A stretch of DNA of 37,158 bases from Actinomycetota bacterium. GTDB taxonomy: Bacteria; Actinomycetota; Acidimicrobiia; Acidimicrobiales; BP-101. The position numbers were made by a program, and so were the translations under genes. Position 1 is the first letter of the stretch. The number at the start of each line of letters is the position of its first letter. The DNA lies in the NCBI GenBank assembly GCA_030838265.1, contig JAUTXA010000036.1, positions 1-37,158 on the forward strand, read 5' to 3'. Below, in pieces: positions 27,320 through 35,817 of this stretch. The notes below the pieces were generated by a model. It was not told where the DNA came from. It worked only from the letters and a program-made list of their open reading frames with translations, and made no database searches.

Positions 27320-29158
27320 GTGCGTGCGGCGAGGCGTCTTCCGGGTCTATCGACCCGCTCCCTTTTGATTGCAGTCGCGGTCCTGGCGGCTCTGATGTTG
27401 AGCCCGGGACGAGCCGAGGCGGCCAGCGGCAACTTGATCGGTCGGGTGACCGACGCCGCCACCGGATCCGGGGTCTCTGGGGTCACCATCTGGGCCGGGG
27501 GGTCGCCGACCGCGCTGACCGACGGCTCGGGCAACTACACGCTGACCCTCCCGGCGGGCCAGGGCTACAACGCCCTCGCCGACAAGGCCGGCTATGCCAA
27601 GGCGCACCGATACAGCGTCGCCGTGTCGGGCGGTTCCAACACCAGGCTCGACTTCGCCATCACCACCCAGCAGGGCCGGATCACCGGTCGGCTGGTCGAC
27701 ACCGCGGGCCGGGGCGTCGCCGGACAAGCCCTCGCCGACTCGATCGAAGGAACCGGCTTCAACGCCACCAACACCGACAGCAACGGCTTCTTCACCCTCG
27801 ACCGCTTGGCCCCCATGTCGTATTACGTGCACGGCTTTCCGGCCAGCTCGTCGCAGCCGTCGACCGTCATCAACGGGATCCGGGTCTCGAACGGGGCCAC
27901 GACCTCGGTCACCCTCGTGTCGGGCGGCAACGCCGGGCGCATCTCCGGCCAGGTGACGCAGCCCAACGGCGCACCGCTGGCCAACGCCCAGATCTACATC
28001 GACGGCAACACGACGACGTCGATGTGGAACGGGGCCACCGACGCCAACGGCGTCTACAGCTCGGGGCTGCTGTCGGCCGGCACCTACAACGTCCATCTCT
28101 CCGACGTCGCCCCCTACGGCAACCAGGTGATCTACGGGCAGACGATCTCGGCCGGTCAGACCCTGGGTGGCGTCAGCTTCCGGCTGTCGAGCAACCTCGG
28201 CGCCATCCGGGGCTGGGTCCGCGACACCCTGGGCAACGCCATCGCCGGGGCTCAGGTCGATGCCTTCTCGTCGGCCAAGAGCGGGCCGTGGGGTTGGCAG
28301 ACCGTCACCACCGACAGCAACGGGTGGTATGCCCTCAACCTGCTCATGCCCAGCCCGAGCTACAAGCTCTGGGTCCACTCGCCCAATCGACCCGTGCTCA
28401 CAGGCGACGGCATCCCGGCCACGGCCGGCAGCGTCACCCAGCCCTACAACTTCACGTACACCGTGCCGGGCCGGGCCACCGTGTCCAACCCCAAGGGCGG
28501 CTACTACGTCCTCTCCGGCGAGGGCACCGTCTTCTCCCGGGGCGGCGCTCCCCTCTTCGGCTCGCCTCACTTCGGGTCTGACATCGCCCGAGCCCTGGCG
28601 GTGATGCCCGACGGCCAGGGCTACATCGTGCTCGACGGCTTCGGTGGGCTGCACAAGTTCGGCAGTGCCGCCAGCGGTGCCATGGGAGCACTGGGCGGGG
28701 CCTACTTCGGCTGGGACATCGCCCGCGGCATCGCCATCACCCCGACCGGCACCGGCCTCGACGTGCTCGACGGCTTCGGCGGCGTGCACACCTCGGGCAA
28801 CGCCGTGTCGACCAAGTCGCCCTACTTCGGATGGGACATCGCCCGCGGCCTCGCCCTCTCGCCCACCGGCCTCGGTGTCTACGTGCTCGACGGCTACGGC
28901 GGGGTCCACACCTCGGGTGACGCCATCGCCCGACCGACGCCGTACTTCGGCTGGGACATCGCTCGCTCGGTCGTTATGTCGCCGACCGGCCAGGGCTACG
29001 CCATCCTCGATGGCTTCGGTGGCATCCACACCGCGGGCGACGCCCCGGCACCGAAGGGCAACTCGGGGTACACCAACAAGGACCTGTGGCGGGGCATCGC
29101 CCAGGTCAACGGCGGGTACGCCGTGACCCGCAACGACGGCACCACCATCCCCCTCTAG
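27320..29158 (+). CDS. secreted protein: 4 carboxypeptidase-regulatory-like (CarboxypepD_reg) beta-sandwich domains plus a C-terminal ~6-copy repeat module
   Basis: GTG at 27320 gives a good signal peptide (V/M)RAARRLPGLSTRSLLIAVAVLAALMLSPGRAEA|AS. Four units of the type GRVTDAATGSGVSGVTI…TDGSGNYTL / GRLVDTAGRGVAG…TDSNGFFTL / GQVTQPNGAPLANAQI…TDANGVYS / GWVRDTLGNAIAGAQV…TDSNGWYAL. GYxVLDGFGGxH…YFGWDIAR repeats follow. 612 aa. Confidence 0.85.
   Translation: MRAARRLPGLSTRSLLIAVAVLAALMLSPGRAEAASGNLIGRVTDAATGSGVSGVTIWAGGSPTALTDGSGNYTLTLPAGQGYNALADKAGYAKAHRYSVAVSGGSNTRLDFAITTQQGRITGRLVDTAGRGVAGQALADSIEGTGFNATNTDSNGFFTLDRLAPMSYYVHGFPASSSQPSTVINGIRVSNGATTSVTLVSGGNAGRISGQVTQPNGAPLANAQIYIDGNTTTSMWNGATDANGVYSSGLLSAGTYNVHLSDVAPYGNQVIYGQTISAGQTLGGVSFRLSSNLGAIRGWVRDTLGNAIAGAQVDAFSSAKSGPWGWQTVTTDSNGWYALNLLMPSPSYKLWVHSPNRPVLTGDGIPATAGSVTQPYNFTYTVPGRATVSNPKGGYYVLSGEGTVFSRGGAPLFGSPHFGSDIARALAVMPDGQGYIVLDGFGGLHKFGSAASGAMGALGGAYFGWDIARGIAITPTGTGLDVLDGFGGVHTSGNAVSTKSPYFGWDIARGLALSPTGLGVYVLDGYGGVHTSGDAIARPTPYFGWDIARSVVMSPTGQGYAILDGFGGIHTAGDAPAPKGNSGYTNKDLWRGIAQVNGGYAVTRNDGTTIPL
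28499..29155 (+). repeat. protein-level tandem repeat module, 5 full copies plus 1 truncated
   Basis: PHFGSDIARALAV, AYFGWDIARGIAI, PYFGWDIARGLAL and PYFGWDIARSVVM, each followed by G.(Y/D)(I/V)LDG(F/Y)GG(L/V/I)H. Confidence 0.85.
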
Positions 29159-29176
29159 CGGCGCTCGACTCCGCGG

Positions 29177-31078
29177 TCAGCCCGCGCTGGTGAGGACGAG
29201 GCTGCGCCCCAGGCCCGTCCCCGTATAGGTCAACGACGTCTTCAGGGCCGAAGCGTTGCCGAACGGCCAAACGTCGCCGTTGTTGTCGAGCATCCAACCG
29301 CCGTCGCCCGCCGTGTTCAGCACGATCTGACGGGCCATGTCGGCGTTCGGCGTGTAGTGCGGGTTGTTGAGGTCCGGCGCGCCGCCGAAGGGATGCAGGC
29401 CACCGAGGCCATCGAGCACGTAGCCGCTGACGCCGTCGGGGCGCACGGCGATAGAGCGAGCTATGTCCCACCCGTTCCAATACGCCGCCGCTCTCACTGG
29501 CGTCGCCCGTCCGTAGGCGTGGATGCCGCCGTACCCGTCGAGCTCGTAACCGCCGGTGCCATCGGGAAGGGCGGCGGCATCGCGGGCGATGTCGAAGCCG
29601 AAGTAGGGCGCGCCCAGCGGTTCGACGGCGCCGTTCAGGGCGTGGATGCCGCCGTACCCGTCGAAGACGTAGAGGCCGGTGCCGACGGCCGGGGCGAGAG
29701 CTCGGGCGATGTCCCAGCCGTTCCAGTACGGCCCGCCGACGACGGACGGGGCACCACCCTCGGGGTGGACGGCGCCGTAGCCGTCGAGGACGTAGATGCC
29801 CCCGTTGCCCGCCTTGACCACGTCCCGGGCGATGCGGAAGCCGCTCCAGTAGGCCGAGTGGTAGATCGCCCCTTGGTGGGCCACGGGAAGCAGGCCACCG
29901 TAGGCGTTCATGGTGAGCAGGCCCGGGCCGGTGGCCGCAGGCGTCCACCCCGGCATGGGGTTGGGCGACCCCGCCAGCTCGTAGCGCTGGACGTCGTCGC
30001 GCAAGCGGGCCACGTCGACGTACTCGTGGTCGCCGGGGCACTCGGTCGTGTCGACGTCGCGGTGGCCGATGATGGTGGGCATCGAGATCACCGTCCCCGC
30101 CGGGTAGCGGCTGAACTGGGTGCCGCCGCTGGTGACGTAGATCGACCGCTTGGGGTCGATGCCGTGGTAGCCGAGCTTCCAGCCCAGGAAGTTGACCAGG
30201 CCCGAGCGCATGGCGGCGGTGGGGTAGCCGTTGGCGAAGTCGCCGATGAGGGCCACACCCGTGCTCCCGGTGTTGAAGCCCCCGGCGTGGGCCCCGATCA
30301 CGGCCTTCGTGATGCCTCCGTAGCGCCCCTCGAAGACCTGGCCGAAGCGGTCGACGAGGAAGTTGTACCCGATGTCGCACCAAGCGTTGGTGTGGGTGTG
30401 GAAGTAGTAGAGCCCCCGGACCAACGCCGCCGACTGGCTCGAGGAGTACGAGTTCGAGTTCACGGTGTGGTGGATGACGGCGTAGCGCACGCCGCTGCTG
30501 GCGTACGAGGCCGAGCCGTCACAACCGGAGGCGTAGGTGCGGTAGCTCTCGTCCGCGCCCCACTGGGCGCGCGTGATGATCGCTGGTTGGACGGGCAACG
30601 CCGCCGCCCGGCCCATGGCTCCACCACTCGAGGGTGACGTCGAGTGGATCAGCACCGCCTTGACGTCGGTCGGGCTGCCTTCCTTCACCCTGACGCTGAT
30701 CTCGCGCACCCCGCTGCCCACCCACAAGGGACCGGCACTGGTGATGCTGGTGTGCTCGGGCGAGGTGGGGTCGGGTCCCTCGTCGGGCCCGGCGCCGACC
30801 TCGGTCCACGGCGACCAACGCCCCCCCTGCTTGGCCCGCACCTCGACCGAACCCGTCGGGGCACCCGTCCAGGTGAAGCCGACCATCTCGATGGGCAGCG
30901 GCGCGTGCACGGCGTGGCCCGTGACGGCCCTCGTGGTGGGCACGGCCAGCGTGCGCGATCGCACCTCGGGCTTGGGCGTCGCGGTCGACCCGACCAACCC
31001 GGTGCTCATGAGCGAGGCCAGCGCGGTGAGCACGAGCAGTCTGGTGATGACGTCGCCGCCTCGGCGTCTGGTGCGCAT
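29177..31078 (-). CDS. secreted N-acetylmuramoyl-L-alanine amidase (Amidase_2/PGRP type) with a C-terminal 6-copy repeat module
   Basis: ATG at 31078 (residue 182 of track ORF 29177..31621) gives MRTRRRGGDVITRLLVLTALASLMSTGLVG. Amidase_2 motifs AIITRAQWGADES, YAVIHHTV, WCDIGYNFLVDRFGQVFEGR, GAHAGGFNTGSTGVALIGDF and IIGHRDV..TECPG. Repeats follow. 633 aa. Confidence 0.88.
   Translation of the reverse strand: MRTRRRGGDVITRLLVLTALASLMSTGLVGSTATPKPEVRSRTLAVPTTRAVTGHAVHAPLPIEMVGFTWTGAPTGSVEVRAKQGGRWSPWTEVGAGPDEGPDPTSPEHTSITSAGPLWVGSGVREISVRVKEGSPTDVKAVLIHSTSPSSGGAMGRAAALPVQPAIITRAQWGADESYRTYASGCDGSASYASSGVRYAVIHHTVNSNSYSSSQSAALVRGLYYFHTHTNAWCDIGYNFLVDRFGQVFEGRYGGITKAVIGAHAGGFNTGSTGVALIGDFANGYPTAAMRSGLVNFLGWKLGYHGIDPKRSIYVTSGGTQFSRYPAGTVISMPTIIGHRDVDTTECPGDHEYVDVARLRDDVQRYELAGSPNPMPGWTPAATGPGLLTMNAYGGLLPVAHQGAIYHSAYWSGFRIARDVVKAGNGGIYVLDGYGAVHPEGGAPSVVGGPYWNGWDIARALAPAVGTGLYVFDGYGGIHALNGAVEPLGAPYFGFDIARDAAALPDGTGGYELDGYGGIHAYGRATPVRAAAYWNGWDIARSIAVRPDGVSGYVLDGLGGLHPFGGAPDLNNPHYTPNADMARQIVLNTAGDGGWMLDNNGDVWPFGNASALKTSLTYTGTGLGRSLVLTSAG
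29180..29923 (-). repeat. protein-level tandem repeat module, 6 copies
   Basis: AYWSGFRIARDVV, PYWNGWDIARALA, PYFGFDIARDAAA and AYWNGWDIARSIA. The last two copies are degenerate. Confidence 0.85.
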
Positions 31079-31189
31079 CGCGGACGTCCTTCCGGTGTCG
31101 TTCGACAGGTCGCCCCCCCGAAGGCCCAGCCTGTCACGGATGCCCTCCGAGCGGCGCGCGGCGAGCCCCTCACCTACAGTCCGACACCC

Positions 31190-32278
31190 GTGCGGATCGC
31201 CTTCGACGTCACGCCCCTCTTGGGGCATCCGACGGGCGTGGGGGCGTTCGCCCTCGGTGCGCTCGACGCTCTGGTCGATCTCGACGACCTCGACGTCGCC
31301 CCCTACGCCCTGACCTGGCGGGGCCGATCTGCGTTGCCCGCCCTGCTTCCCTCGGGCCTCACCGTGTCCCGCTGGCCCATGGCGGCCCGTCCCCTGCGCG
31401 CCGCGTGGACCCGGGCCGACCTCCCACCGATCGAGTGGTGGACGGGAAGGGTCGACGTCGTCCACGGCACCAACTTCGTCGTGCCGCCGGCGCGACGGGC
31501 CGGGGAGGTGGTCACCGTCCACGACCTCACCGCCGTCCGCTTCCCCGAGCTGTGCAGCGCCGACACGCTGGCCTACCCCAGCCTGATCCGGCGGGCCCTG
31601 GGTCGGGGAGCCATCGTGCACACGCCGTCAGCCTTCGTGGCCAGCGAAGTGATCGAGCACTTCGGGGTGGAGCCCGGGCGCGTACGCGCCGTCCACCACG
31701 GCATCCCCCCGATCGCGCCGTCGACCTCGCCGAGCCCGGCGGGACCGGGGCCGTACATCTTGGCCATCGGCACCATCGAGCCCCGCAAGGCCTTTCCCGA
31801 TCTGGTGGCGGCCTTCGACCGCGTCGCCGACAGCGACCGCGACCTGCGGCTGGTGGTGGCGGGCGGTGACGGCTGGGGCGTCGAGGCCTTCGACGCCGCG
31901 GTGGCGCGCGCCGCCCATGGCGCCCGGATCCTTCGCCTCGGCTACGTCTCGGGCGACCAGCACGCCGCCCTGCTCGGCGGCGCCGAGGTCTTCGCCTACC
32001 CCTCGGTCTACGAGGGGTTCGGGTTCCCGCCCCTCGAAGCCATGACGTGCGGGGTGCCCGTCGTGGCGACCGCGGCCGGCGCCCTTCCCGAGGTGGTCGG
32101 TGACGCCGCGCTGCTGGTCGCGCCGGGCGACGTCGATGCTCTGGCCGCCGCCCTGCTCGAGGCCCGGCGAGATGACGTCAGGGCCACCCTCGTCGAACGA
32201 GGGCGCCAGCGCGTCAGTCGTTACTCGTGGCGTCGCTGCGCGGAGGGTCTGGCCTCCATCTACCGAGACGCCGCCTGA
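31190..32278 (+). CDS. GT4 glycosyltransferase
   Basis: GTG at 31190 (residue 183 of track ORF 30644..32278). VRIAFDVTPLLGHPTGVGAF…AYPSVYEGFGFPPLEAMTCGVPVVATAAGALPEVVGDAALLVAP. 362 aa. Confidence 0.85.
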   Translation: MRIAFDVTPLLGHPTGVGAFALGALDALVDLDDLDVAPYALTWRGRSALPALLPSGLTVSRWPMAARPLRAAWTRADLPPIEWWTGRVDVVHGTNFVVPPARRAGEVVTVHDLTAVRFPELCSADTLAYPSLIRRALGRGAIVHTPSAFVASEVIEHFGVEPGRVRAVHHGIPPIAPSTSPSPAGPGPYILAIGTIEPRKAFPDLVAAFDRVADSDRDLRLVVAGGDGWGVEAFDAAVARAAHGARILRLGYVSGDQHAALLGGAEVFAYPSVYEGFGFPPLEAMTCGVPVVATAAGALPEVVGDAALLVAPGDVDALAAALLEARRDDVRATLVERGRQRVSRYSWRRCAEGLASIYRDAA

Positions 32279-34640
32279 GCCGGCCCGCTCGACTGGCGGC
32301 GTCGCGTGATCGACGTTCGAGGGCGACGCCCATCAGCCCCGCCCCGGCCAGCAGCCAGAGGCACCAGGCCACGAACGAGATGGCCAGGCCCTTGCGAAAG
32401 GCTGGCGCGCCGTACTCGAAGCGGACGTGGCTGTGACCGGCGGGCAGGGCGACGCCGCGTAGCCAGGCGTTGGTCCGGCGGATGGGAACGAGGTGGTCAT
32501 CGACCGTCGCCTTCCACCCCGGGTACCAGGTGTCGGCCAGGGTGAGCCACCCGGCGTGGTCGAGGTCGACCTCGACGTCGACCGAGTTGAGCGTCTCCTC
32601 GCTGACCTCGGCCGAGCCGCACACGGTCGTGGGCTGTGACACGCCGGCGCCTTCGAGGATCACGGTGTCGGCCGTGAAGGCAGGATCCAAAACCTTGTCG
32701 ATGGCCGCCGCCTGGTCGGCCACGTAGCGGGCGCCGCACAGGGCGCGCGCCCGGCGGCCCGGGGTCCTGAGCTCGTACAGGCTGAGGTCGCCGTAGGTCT
32801 CCCGCCGGACGAGCTCGGGGTCGCTCACCGTATCGGGATCGCCGGTCGGGACCATCAGGTAGCGCACGTCGAGGGCTCGCCACAGCTCTTCCCGTCCGTA
32901 GAGCTGGGGCGACCCGTGGGCCAGCTGAGCGGTCGTTCGCCGCTCGAGCTCGTGGAGGTTCTCGGGGGGCCAGTTGCCACCGATGCCGAGGACGCTGTGC
33001 ACGCCGGGGTGCAGGAGGGGAGTGTCGGACTCGAGACGATCGCCGGTGACTGACCACCCGTGGGCCGACGGAGCGTCGGGGAAGACGCGGCCGCCGGGGT
33101 GATCGAGCACGTACTGCAGCGGCGGCAGGGCTTGGTGGTAGAAGCCGGGGTCGACGGGCCGGTTGATCTCGAACACGGCTCCCGACACGAGTAGCTCGGC
33201 CGCTACCAGGCTGGCGATGAGGGCCCCGCTGACGAGTCGGTTGGCGCCGGCCAAGGCGCGCAACCCGATGACGATGACCAGGGCGGCGACGCATTGGAGC
33301 GAGGCGCGCAGCAGCAGCGGGCTGCGGTCGAAGGACTCGACGGCGGCCCGGCAGGCGTACACGCCGGCCACGCCCGTCGCCAAGACGGAGGCCAATGTGG
33401 CCACCACGCCGGCCCGCTTGGCGTGCCACCGGTCGGGCCCGGATGGCCGGCGCCACCCGAGGACGTCGTCGACGCCATAGGCCACGAGGACGCAGAGGGC
33501 GATGGACGCGGGGTAGAGCCAGCGGACGGGAAAGCGGAAGCGATCGAGGCCCGGGACGGCGGCGAAGGCGAGGTGGTACAGCGGTCCGATGGCCGAGCCC
33601 ATGGCGAGCAGGTACGAGATGGTGGCCATGCCCGCCCACAGCGCCAGCTGGGGCCAGCGGCGACGGCGGATCAGACCGATGAGGCCAACGACGACGAGGA
33701 GGAGGGCCACGCCGCCGATGTAGGCGAAGTTCTCGCCGCCCTGGCTCTTGGCGAAGTCGGGGAGGAGGAGGCGCCAGGGTGAGATCTTCGGAAGGGATCC
33801 CACGGTCGCCTCGCCGTAGGTGAGGCCGTGGTTGCGTCCGGACTGGGCCACCAGCTCGAGCTGCGGGAGGACCTGCACGGCGGTGAGGAGGAAGCCGCCG
33901 ACCACGGCTGTCCCGGTGGCGACGGCCGTTCGGACGGCGAGCCGCCGCACCGATCCGCCCCAACACAGGACGAGCAACACGACGGGAACCCACACCATGG
34001 CCAGGTACAGCTGCTGGGGCTGGCCGGCGAGCAAGCCGAAGGCAAATGGAAGGCAGGCCGCCCACGCCCACCACAGGTTGCGGTTGACGCCTCGTTCCAA
34101 GCAGAGCAGCACAAGGGGCGGCCAAGGCTGGGAGTACACCAGCACGAGGAGGCCACTGTGACCGAGGGCCTGACCGCCGAGACCGAAGACGATGCCGGCA
34201 GTGGCGGCGGCCGCCACTCCGAGGCCCAGGCTGACCCGGCACAGGGCGTACATGGCGATGGCGGCCAACCCCAGGTGGAGCCAGACGACAAGCCCGAGCC
34301 CGCGCTCCGGGGTCGTCAAGAAGAACGGGAGCTGAAAGGGATAGAGAAAGGCGGCGTCGCCGTTGGCCAGGAAAGGCGTCCCCATATAGAGGTATGGCAC
34401 CCAGAGCGGCAGCTGGTGCGAGGCGATTGCCCTCGACACGAAGTATCGGAAGGGCACGTGGATGATCAGGTTGTCGATCGTCACGAACACACCGGAGCCG
34501 AACAAGAGGCGGCGAACGAAGACAGCGGCCGCGCCAAGGGCGCCGAGAGGCGCGACCGCGATCTCGAGCCAGACCAGGCGCCAGTCGCGGCGCGCTCCGC
34601 CCCGAGCCCGGGTCCGCCCGTCCGATCTGGCCGATGTCAC
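32214..34640 (-). CDS. YfhO-like large polytopic membrane protein (GT-C-type extracytoplasmic glycosyltransferase candidate)
   Basis: 808 aa with many TM helices. N-terminal loop HQLPLWVPYLYMGTPFLANGDAAFLYPFQLPF resembles the YfhO-family signature. Large C-terminal extracytoplasmic region and a final TM. GTG start at 34640. Confidence 0.78.
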   Translation of the reverse strand: MTSARSDGRTRARGGARRDWRLVWLEIAVAPLGALGAAAVFVRRLLFGSGVFVTIDNLIIHVPFRYFVSRAIASHQLPLWVPYLYMGTPFLANGDAAFLYPFQLPFFLTTPERGLGLVVWLHLGLAAIAMYALCRVSLGLGVAAAATAGIVFGLGGQALGHSGLLVLVYSQPWPPLVLLCLERGVNRNLWWAWAACLPFAFGLLAGQPQQLYLAMVWVPVVLLVLCWGGSVRRLAVRTAVATGTAVVGGFLLTAVQVLPQLELVAQSGRNHGLTYGEATVGSLPKISPWRLLLPDFAKSQGGENFAYIGGVALLLVVVGLIGLIRRRRWPQLALWAGMATISYLLAMGSAIGPLYHLAFAAVPGLDRFRFPVRWLYPASIALCVLVAYGVDDVLGWRRPSGPDRWHAKRAGVVATLASVLATGVAGVYACRAAVESFDRSPLLLRASLQCVAALVIVIGLRALAGANRLVSGALIASLVAAELLVSGAVFEINRPVDPGFYHQALPPLQYVLDHPGGRVFPDAPSAHGWSVTGDRLESDTPLLHPGVHSVLGIGGNWPPENLHELERRTTAQLAHGSPQLYGREELWRALDVRYLMVPTGDPDTVSDPELVRRETYGDLSLYELRTPGRRARALCGARYVADQAAAIDKVLDPAFTADTVILEGAGVSQPTTVCGSAEVSEETLNSVDVEVDLDHAGWLTLADTWYPGWKATVDDHLVPIRRTNAWLRGVALPAGHSHVRFEYGAPAFRKGLAISFVAWCLWLLAGAGLMGVALERRSRDAASRAGRLRRRLGRWRPDPPRSDATSND

Positions 34641-34668
34641 GAGGGCGAGATCGTAGTGGTGAGGCTTG

Positions 34669-34674
34669 TAGGGT
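34669..34674 (+). promoter_or_regulatory. candidate -10 element TAGGGT (TANNNT) 7 nt upstream of the rmd ATG, implying a leaderless or near-leaderless transcript
   Basis: The 41-nt divergent gap 34641-34681 also contains TACGAT on the minus strand (34655-34650), 9 nt from the YfhO-like GTG. Confidence 0.3.
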
Positions 34675-34681
34675 CGTCGCT

Positions 34682-35581
34682 ATGCGAGCGTTCGTCACCG
34701 GCGGTTCCGGCTTCGTCGGACCGTGGCTGCGACGACACCTCGAGGACAACGGCGACGAGGTGATCGCGCCCGGTCCCGAGGTCGACGTGACCGATGCGGC
34801 CGCCATCACCAAGGCCGTCGTCGACGCCGCGCCCACCGCCATCTACCACCTGGCCGCGCTGGCCAGCGTGGGTGACTCGTGGCGCGACCCGGCCCGGACC
34901 TTCGAGGTCAACGCCACCGGGACTCTCCATCTGCTCGAGGCGGCGCGGGCCTGTGCCACGCCGCCGACCGTGCTCCTCATCTGTTCGGCCGAGGTCTACG
35001 GAGTGGTCACGCCCGAGGATCTTCCCCTGACCGAAGAGGCGCCCCTTCGCCCGGCCACGCCGTATGCGGCCAGCAAGGTGGCAGCTGAGTTCCTCGGCCT
35101 GCAGTCCTTTCTGTCATATGGGCTCCCCGTCATCCGGGTGCGAGCCTTCAATCACATCGGGCCCGGCCAAGCTGGTTCGTTCGTGGTCTCCGACCTCGCC
35201 CAGCGGGTGGCCCAGCTGGCGGCCACGGGTGGCGGGAAGCTGCGCGTGGGCAACACCACGACGCGCCGCGACTTCACCGACGTCCGCGACGTGGTGCGGG
35301 CCTACCGGCTGTTGGTCGCCAAGGGCGAGCCCGGCGAGGTGTACAACGTCTGCACGGGCCAGGACGTGTCGATCGAGCATCTCATCGAGCGGCTTCTCGA
35401 CCTGGCGGGCATCGAGTGCGAGGTCGAGCCCGATCCCTCGCTCATCCGTCCCGTCGACATCCCTGTACTGCGGGGCGACCCCAGCAAGCTGGCTCGAGCG
35501 ACGGGCTGGCAGCCCACCATCCCCTTGGAGCAGACCCTCAAGGAGACGCTCGCCCAGTATTCGGTCAGCCCAGGGCGGTGA
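34682..35581 (+). CDS. rmd: GDP-4-dehydro-6-deoxy-D-mannose reductase-like SDR (Rmd-like)
   Basis: ATG at 34682 (residue 17 of track ORF). MRAFVTGGSGFVGPWL, CSAEVYG, PYAASKVAAEF and RVGNTTTRRDFTDVRDVVRAYRLLVAKGEPGEVYNVCTG parallel the Rmd pattern (VGxLDxxRDFxDVxDV). 299 aa. Substrate specificity is inferred only. Confidence 0.75.
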   Translation: MRAFVTGGSGFVGPWLRRHLEDNGDEVIAPGPEVDVTDAAAITKAVVDAAPTAIYHLAALASVGDSWRDPARTFEVNATGTLHLLEAARACATPPTVLLICSAEVYGVVTPEDLPLTEEAPLRPATPYAASKVAAEFLGLQSFLSYGLPVIRVRAFNHIGPGQAGSFVVSDLAQRVAQLAATGGGKLRVGNTTTRRDFTDVRDVVRAYRLLVAKGEPGEVYNVCTGQDVSIEHLIERLLDLAGIECEVEPDPSLIRPVDIPVLRGDPSKLARATGWQPTIPLEQTLKETLAQYSVSPGR

Positions 35582-35762
35582 GGCTGCGCCGCAGCTGATA
35601 GCTGGCGTCGTCGGCGGCCTTGCTGACCTGGGTGCGGAGCTGGTCGAGCTGCTTGGTGAGCTCAACCCGCCGGACCTGGGCCCGCTGCAAGCCGATCACG
35701 CCAAAGCCGACGGCGACGTAGGCCGCATCCTTGGCCAGCGTGGTGAGGTCGGAAAGGTCCAT
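35565..35762 (-). CDS. small hypothetical protein (65 aa), one hydrophobic segment plus a helical tail
   Basis: ATG at 35762. MDLSDLTTLAKDAAYVAVGFGVIGLQRAQVRRVELTKQLDQLRTQVSKAADDASYQLRRSL. Codons show the same G/C-ending bias as neighbouring genes. The 3' end overlaps rmd by 17 nt. Confidence 0.5.
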   Translation of the reverse strand: MDLSDLTTLAKDAAYVAVGFGVIGLQRAQVRRVELTKQLDQLRTQVSKAADDASYQLRRSLTALG

Positions 35763-35817
35763 TCGGTGTCTCCAGTTTCGGGCCGGGAAGAGCCTCAAGG
35801 CTAGTCTCCCCATCGCT

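Noticed and set aside
31104-31135. Inverted repeat GACAGG…(20 nt)…CCTGTC in the divergent region between the amidase gene and the GT4, considered as an operator.
   Set aside because: A 6-bp inverted repeat somewhere within about 110 bp is roughly what chance predicts, and it cannot be extended.
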